The position numbers and the translations under genes were made by a program. This document shows positions 56,701 to 64,000 of a stretch of DNA of 64,000 bases, piece by piece. The stretch's first letter is position 1, and every line of letters starts with the position of its first letter. The notes under the pieces are model-generated. The model was given only the letters and a program-made list of their open reading frames with translations, searched no databases and was not told the DNA's origin. Origin of the DNA: Eledone cirrhosa (Eukaryota); contig OZ024742.1 in assembly GCA_964016885.1 (NCBI GenBank), positions 82,212,001-82,276,000 of the forward strand. Reading direction: 5' to 3'.

Positions 56701-58132
56701 GCTACTGGAAGCTAAACGCGTCCTTACCAGCGCGCAAGGCCTACAGAGACCGGATTAGCGAACTAGTTAAGCGGGCGTTGACGGGGGCCATCGTCAACAA
56801 CAAGTGGTGGTTTCCTCTGAAAAGAGCAATTAGAATAGAGTCCATTAGGTTTAGTAAGGCTTTAGCAATAGAGAAAAGTAGAGCAGAAGGAGAATTGGTG
56901 AGAAAATTAGACGAGGCACTTAGCAAAGGCATCGCGACCGACGTACTTGCGGCGAAATTGGCCCTTGACCAATTCTTCAATACAAAGCACGAAGGCTGCG
57001 TTGTCAGAGCTAGGGTGCGTGCTCGCAGACACAAGGGGACGAAAGCCGTTCAACGGGCCCGAGTGGCGGAGGCGCGTCCTGGCAACAAAGCCACGATCCG
57101 GTCTTTGGTGGACCACGACGGGCGCATGCTACTCGATCTCGGGCAAATGTGTGAAGCTTTTCAGCGACACTTCGCACAACTGTTCGCGGCCAGCGGCGGG
57201 CAGGATCGAGGGATGAACTTTAGTGTCTACCTCGACGGACTGCTGCGGCTCTCGGCCACTGAGGCGGAGTGTTGCGAAAAGCCGATAACAGCCGCTGAAA
57301 TACAGGAGGCAATGACTGGATGCACAAGGGGTAAATCGTCTGGTTTGGATGGTCTGCCCTATGAACTTTACGTACAAATGCCAGACTTGTTCGGGGGCCT
57401 CTTGGCGGACGTCTACTGCAACTGGCAACAGAACGGGAGAATTCCCAGCTCTGTGAGCTGAGGAGAGGTGGCGCTGCTGAGAATGGATCCGAACAAGAGG
57501 TTAACATAGATAACTTTAGGCCCATAACTCTGCTAAACTCAGAGTTCAAGATTTTGACCAAGGTGCTAGCAAAGAGGTTGGCGCTTGTCGTTGGTGGTCT
57601 GGTGGGAGAGGCGCAGACATGCGCCATTCCCGACAGATCCATCCACGACAACCTCCACCTCATGCGATACATCGTAGAAAGGGTAGCTAGGGAAACTGGC
57701 ACGGGTGGGCCCTTCATCAATTTAGATCAGTCGAAAGCTTTCGATAGGGTCGAAAGGGAAGTGCTCTCTTCCCAGCATTTTGTTGAAAGATAGGTAAGAG
57801 AGGCAAGAATGGCCCGAGTGAATGGGCCTACTCTGAGTATGTGTCTATAAATTAAAGGTGGAAAACTGGGAGAGGGCACTTGCCCTGGTGGTCAAGGTCA
57901 CTGTGGCTTTTTAATGAGCTTTCTCCACGAATGTCCCTCGGAAATCTCCCCCCTATTGGGGAATTTTTTCATTGTTCTATTATTACATCCTCTGTTTCTT
58001 GTTTTTTTTACACGCAGAAATACCCATTTGTACCGCCCTGTATTGTCCTGTACTGTCCTTAATGTCTTAATATGTAAACCCTTCTGGTTAATAAAGAAAT
58101 CATTATTATTATCATTATTATTATTATTATTA
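53756..58132 (+). mobile_element. Tx1/L1-like LINE with ORF1, APE endonuclease and internally deleted RT
   Basis: ORF1 at 54477-55630 (RCVVCGEGTH knuckle). ORF2 from 55968: SINAHGL, VYAP, GDWN, SYLDR, GYWKLN, KSSGLDGLP, FRPITLLN, DQSKAFDRV. Same 3' UTR as 53480-53720, then a (TTA)n tail. Confidence 0.92.
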
Positions 58133-58139
58133 ATGACAA

Positions 58140-59081
58140 ACCCTGTGATACGAGAACGATTAGTGTTATTATTATTATTATTATTTTTGTCATATATATA
58201 TATATACATAAAAACAAATGCGAAAATAAAAAAACAGAAATACTTTATACACCTACGGACACCAAACAATACCTCCCCTTCACATCGAGTCACCCCAAAC
58301 ATACAAAACTTGACATTCCTTTTAACTTAAACAAACGTATATACACCACAGTATCAGATCCAACTAAACGATAACAAAATCTAAATTAACTAAAAAGCAC
58401 CTTAAGAACCTTCCTACTTGACATAATTAATAACGGAATAGACAGAGCAAAACACGTAAAGTTTCATCAACTTAACAATGAAAAATACCTTACCATATGT
58501 ATCCCCCTTCCATCTCCGAAACCGCGAAATGTTCGACCACCTACACAAAATACTCCTGATTGTATTTTAAGATGAAAACATGAAAAAAATCCTAGAAACA
58601 CACAAGATGGATAAAAGTGAAAGGCAACCCAAAAGTCTAAAACACATTCTCCAACATCAACCAATCCCCAACACTACGGTAACAAAGTGCGGTAGAACCA
58701 AGTGTGGCACATCGCTATAATTAATTGAAGGAGAAATATTTACATTTAAAGATGGCCAAAACTTTACAGTGAAAAACAACTACACCTGCAGCTCAGAGAA
58801 CCTGATCTACGTAATCAACTGCGGTGTCTGACGACATTACTTAATGAGACATACGCGTGTGTCATTACGCAAATGAATAGCCATCTATCACCAACAAATC
58901 CGAGACGTAAACACAAGAAAAATACCCTTAAGTAGGCACATTGCAGATTGTGCAGGAATGACCTTACCCAACATTAATATCTTCCCTCCTTTATAAATGC
59001 TCTAATTATTTCACACAACAATAAAGAATAAATACAGAAAAACTATTCGTTAACAAATTTAAAGCAAAATTAAATGTGTAA
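58140..59081 (+). pseudogene. Decayed PLE thumb/GIY-YIG region related to 7068-7400
   Basis: KCGRTKCG, FTFKDGQNFTVKNNYTCSSENLIYVINC, HQQIRD..RKIPLSRHIADC, FKAKLNV. Confidence 0.75.
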
Positions 59082-59171
59082 CCTACGTCATTGATTATTC
59101 ATAATGATTTATTTTATCAGCACATACACATCTACAGACAGATCGATACATCTGCTCATACACGCGTGTGT

Positions 59172-59237
<66 letters not shown>

Positions 59238-59377
59238 TAACAGATTAAAGTTTAAGCAAAGAATCGCTGCTTTAATAAATATTTGCTCTACGGTTCTTAT
59301 ACATTTGATATATATTTTCCTTATCGAGCCCTCTTTGGATTTTAGTCTTCAATTTTATTATTATTACTATATATATA

Positions 59378-59617
59378 TATATATTAATAAAAGGAATTCC
59401 AACTGTGTCTGATTTACTTGTTTTATTTACAATCCTTTAAAATTTATAATGGTATTAGAATGAAATAGTATGGTAGAATATTAAGTGTTAAGTGTTAATT
59501 GACACTTAACATTTAATATTCTGCCATACTATGTCATTCTAATACCATTATAAATGTTAAAGGATTGTAAATAAAACGAGTAAATCCGACAAAGTTGGAA
59601 TTCCTTTTATTAATATA
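59378..59617. repeat. ~240-bp imperfect palindrome
   Basis: attaataaaaggaattccaact...gtgttaagtgttaattgacacttaacat...agttggaattccttttattaat, centred near 59497. Confidence 0.9.
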
Positions 59618-62336
59618 ATCTTCTATACACAATCATACACACCCGTGTATATTTATATATATATATATATATATGCTGGCTTTAAAATCACCTCTGACCT
59701 CAAAATCCTGGACCGGAACGAACCTCTGGACCCTATTTCTCCCCACTTTACCCTGAAGGATCACAAATCCTATTTCCCGAACAACACCTCTATTCGGCTT
59801 ATTAACCCTACGAAATCCGATTTAGGTAGACTTAGTAAAAGGATTTTAGATATAATTATTCCTGGAATTAGAAGTTTGGGCCGTCTTGCACTGTGGAACA
59901 ATTCTTTCGCGGTGATTGATTGGTTCAACGGCATATGCAACAAGGAACATTGCCGTTTTATCCAATTCGACATCAATAATTACTACTCCTCCATTATTTT
60001 ATCACTTCTTCTTAGAGCTATCACTTTCGCTAAAACACTCACAGTGGTTAAGGATTTCGATGTTGATGTCATCCTCAATGCCCTTAAGTCGGTGATTAAT
60101 TTCGACGACTCTATTTGAATTAAAAAATCTAATGGTACTGTATTCCACGTGAGTATGGGCGCCAGCGATCCTGCGGAGGTTACTGATCTTATTGGCCTTT
60201 TCCGTCTTTTCTCTATCAAGGAAGACTTCCCCAACGTGGGCTTAGGTTTGTACCGTGATGACGGTCCTTTGACTATGAAAAAGTGCGGCCCACGTGCTTG
60301 CGACAGGTTCAGAAAAGAATTCACAGCATTCTTTAAAGGCTTCAACCTCTATTTACAGGTTGAGGCCAACCTCTCGGTCGTTAATTACCTCGTCGTTACC
60401 CTCAGTTTGTCGAATGGCTTGTACTACCCGTATAGAAAGCCGAATGATACGTTTAATTACATAATAAGCATTCTAACCATCCTGCGAGCATAACCAAGGA
60501 TCTGGTGAGAAACGTTTCTACAAACGAGCATATTTTCAACGACCATTCCACATATTACAATGAAGCTCTTGCTCGGAGTGGATTTGTCGATAAGATAGCT
60601 TATACAGAGTACGAGAATAGACCTAGGAAAAATCCCGACGCATTTGTTGGTATAACCCACCATATAATATGGAGGTGGCCACACCATTAGCTAAGATCTT
60701 TCTCTCCCTTATTCTCAAGCATTTCCCACCAGCCCATAAATATAGTAAAATTGTTAATAGAAATACCATTAAAATGTCTTACTCTACGACTCCTAACCTT
60801 GCACATAACATCACAGCTTCAAAATTAGCGAAATTACCTAGCCGTAGGAACACGTGCAACCTTGTAGCTAGTACTAACTGTAATTGTAAAAATCGGGTTG
60901 ATTGCCTCCTATCCGGGAAATGCCTCTCTAGTAACATTGTCTAGAAATGTAAGGCTGAAACACCCACGTCTCGTAGGGCCTACATAAGGATAACCGCCAA
61001 TAGATTCAAGCAGCGTCTTTACATGCATACCTATTCTTTTTTTAACCCTTTAAGAAGGAATATGACGTCACATTAAGCTTATATCTGTAGTCTAAAAGAC
61101 AACAACACGCAATATAAGTTACACTGGGAGAGCCTAGCTAGGACTAGATCGTATAGCGGAAATAAAAGACCATGTGACCTCTGCGCCGCTGAGGCCCTGG
61201 AATTACTCTACGCTAAAGACCACATCTTAAACCAAAAAATCTGAGGCAATTTCGGGCTGTAAGCATAAATTGCACAAAACTTTCCTGTATTACAGCCCCA
61301 CATTATACCCTAACAGATAGTACGAACTATACGCTGATATTTTACGTCTTCATGTGGTAACTAAGTATATGTTATGTTAATACCATTACTTATTCGTATA
61401 GGTTAGTATATATTACCTGTATGCTTTGTGAAGATACGTATACTTTCTCGTACGTATATTTGCTTGTATATGTTATGGCGTATATATTTTATATGCTGGT
61501 ACATGTGCATTTGGCTATGTGTATACGTGAGTTTTGCGTCTGTGTTAGTATGCGGGTTCGTACATGTGTGTATATGTGTACTTTGTGTTTTTGTTGGCGT
61601 ACGTCCGCGAACATTTATGTATTTACATGTAGGTATGTGTGTGCATATACGTATTTATGTGTGTATATTTATATATATTATGTATACACGCGCACACACA
61701 CATAGATATATTTTTTTTATATATATTTTTATGTGTATTTGGTGTATACGTTCGTATGTGTGCGGGTACAGGCGTTGCGTGGGTTCTGTATGTGCGTGCG
61801 TGTGTTTTGTTTTGTGTGTGTACGTGCTTGTATTTGCATACCCATGGCGAGTGTTTTCTTGTAAGCTTGTGTATTTACGTATATGGATGCGTGTATGTAT
61901 ATATTTAATTTCAATTACCTTTGTAATATATTTACTTTATTCTTAACTCTGAAGCCGAGAATTATTCGGTTTCCTAAATACAATTGTTATCTATGACTTC
62001 AGTTATACCATTTACGTGGTTTTGTCATTGCGTGTAATTGCTCTCAGCGATGCACATAATGACGTATTATTTTCGTTTTTTTCGTTCATTGCCAGAGAAC
62101 GTCTCCATCAAGCACCTAATAGAATATTAGTCTATGACTTCATTTATCCCATAAATGTGGTTTTGTCTTTGCGTGTAATTGTTTTCATAGTGCCAAATAA
62201 TGCCGTATTATCTTCATTTTTTTTTTCAGTTATTTGCCAGGGAACGTTTCACGAACCAACGTATCGTCTTCCTGTCTTCCGTCGGTTGCAACATTTTTTG
62301 AAATATTTACTTCTGCGTTCACAGATTGACCTTTTT

Positions 62337-62387
62337 AGCTTTAGAAGATCCCGTTAAGGGTGAAAGCAGCGATTCTTTGCTTAAACT
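62337..62387 (+). ncRNA. Decayed hammerhead at a PLE 3' end (family L)
   Basis: agctt-TAGAAGA-tccc-gttaa-gggt-GAAA-gca..tgc-TT-aaact. Core positions 3-4 are mutated. Confidence 0.45.
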
Positions 62388-62442
62388 TTAATGTGTTATT
62401 TTAATAAATATAAATATATATATATATATACACATACATACA

Positions 62443-62550
<108 letters not shown>

Positions 62551-62950
62551 CGCTCGCACACACACACACACAAACACGCGCACCTCGAAATAAAAAAGAA
62601 ATCATTTCCGGAAATAAACACCTGCCAAATACTTGATTAAAAGCCATCACTAATACTATACTCTGTTTTTTCTAATTACCCAGCACAAAAGAACTGTGAC
62701 AAAGAAAGAAACTAAAACACACATATACCACACTACAAAAAACAAACAAACACATATATATACAATATACCTTAAAACCTTTTTTTTCTTTACCCCAAAA
62801 TTATTTCTCTAAGTTTTGATCGAATCACACTTACAATACGACACACACGCACACACGCCCCACCCCCCCATATATATATATATATATATGTATATGGACT
62901 AAGCACATACACATATACAGAGAGATCGGTACCTTTGCAGACATACACAC

Positions 62951-62981
<31 letters not shown>

Positions 62982-63141
62982 AATTGGAATAAATGCTCTG
63001 AAATAGCGATACATATGTGAATATAGACATAGAATATTCGAAAATATTCTGTATGTTTATAATAAACATTTTGAAGACCTAATCGCTATAGAATAGAATA
63101 CGTCACGTATTACAATTAGATTCTCGATAAAAGCAAGGGAA

Positions 63142-63184
63142 GTAATCTACGCGTTTCATTCTCGTTAGAAATCATCAGGACTAC
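63142..63184 (-). ncRNA. Type I hammerhead ribozyme, family K copy 1
   Basis: gtagtc-CTGATGA-tttct-aacg-agaat-GAAA-cgcg-TA-gattac. Canonical core, palindromic stem III ACGCGT. Confidence 0.88.
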
Positions 63185-63451
63185 ATATCCAGTGCTTTTA
63201 TCGAGAATGACACAGCTAGAGACTTATAGAATACTTAGCTGTGTACAGGAACTGGTTTGAAAGAGCGGTTGCCGGTCCGGCAGAAATTAGAAATTGGAAT
63301 AAATGCTCTGAAATAGCGATACATATGTGAATATAGACATAGAATATTCGAAAATATTCTGTATGTTTATAATAAACATTTTGAAGACCTAATCGCTATA
63401 GAATAGAATACGTCACGTATTACAATTAGATTCTCGATAAAAGCAAGGGAA

Positions 63452-63494
63452 GTAATCTACGCGTTTCATTCTCGTTAGAAATCATCAGGACTAC
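63452..63494 (-). ncRNA. Type I hammerhead ribozyme, family K copy 2
   Basis: Identical to copy 1, +310 bp. Confidence 0.88.
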
Positions 63495-63761
63495 ATATCC
63501 AGTGCTTTTATCGAGAATGACACAGCTAGAGACTTATAGAATACTTAGCTGTGTACAGGAACTGGTTTGAAAGAGCGGTTGCCGGTCCGGCAGAAATTAG
63601 AAATTGGAATAAATGCTCTGAAATAGCGATACATATGTGAATATAGACATAGAATATTCGAAAATATTCTGTATGTTTATAATAAACATTTTGAAGACCT
63701 AATCGCTATAGAATAGAATACGTCACGTATTACAATTAGATTCTCGATAAAAGCAAGGGAA

Positions 63762-63804
63762 GTAATCTACGCGTTTCATTCTCGTTAGAAATCATCAGGA
63801 CTAC
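63762..63804 (-). ncRNA. Type I hammerhead ribozyme, family K copy 3
   Basis: Identical to copy 1, +620 bp. Confidence 0.88.
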
Positions 63805-64000
63805 ATATCCAGTGCTTTTATCGAGAATGACACAGCTAGAGACTTATAGAATACTTAGCTGTGTACAGGAACTGGTTTGAAAGAGCGGTTGCCGGTCCGG
63901 CAGAAATTAGAAATTGGAATAAATGCTCTGAAATAGCGATACATATGTGAATATAGACATAGAATATTCGAAAATATTCTGTATGTTTATAATAAACATT

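Larger units (their letters stand above)
59232..62405 (+). mobile_element. 5'-truncated PLE with short inverted 5' arm
   Basis: RT/EN at 59675-61310 (FTLKDHK, RLINPTKS, FDINNYY, GLYRDDG, CNC..CLLSGKC, YIRIT, CDLC, CKH). 59232-59274 is inverted at 62362-62405. Confidence 0.88.
62981..64000 (-). repeat. 310-bp tandem satellite carrying hammerheads (non-LTR retrozyme-like, family K)
   Basis: Units start aaattggaataaatgctctg at 62981, 63291, 63601 and 63911 and appear identical. Begins at a (TA)n tract and runs off the window. Confidence 0.95.

Noticed and set aside
61985-62260. ~140-bp degenerate tandem duplication as a separate ribozyme repeat
   Set aside because: It lies within the PLE 3' UTR and has no HHR core on either strand.

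Overview
Gene-poor, AT-rich, microsatellite-dense animal genomic DNA. The (TA)n/(CA)n load and the SINE types suggest an octopus or other cephalopod; this is an inference. No host exon could be identified, and most ORFs in the track are microsatellite artefacts (YI/CV/HT repeats). The window is a mosaic of transposable elements. It holds at least six Penelope-like elements (PLEs; RT and/or GIY-YIG), two R4/Dong-like REL LINEs, a tandem pair of Tx1/L1-like LINEs, an RTE-like LINE, a mariner relic, a non-autonomous Helitron and tRNA-derived SINEs. The main hidden signal is RNA-level. Reading both strands by eye reveals about 12 distinct families (over 20 copies) of minimal type I hammerhead ribozymes (HHRs), nearly all in repeats abutting (TA)n tracts. 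Several carry non-canonical cores: U3-A8 covariation, C4, or a U.U pair closing stem II. The best candidate for an undescribed system is a homogeneous 310-bp tandem array (62981 to the window end) with an intact hammerhead in every unit, i.e. a non-LTR retrozyme-like, putative circRNA-producing satellite. Two other non-coding HHR tandem elements (599-bp and ~445-bp period) look similar. All three are plausibly mobilised by the neighbouring PLEs. Folds were done by eye, so activity and expression are untested.
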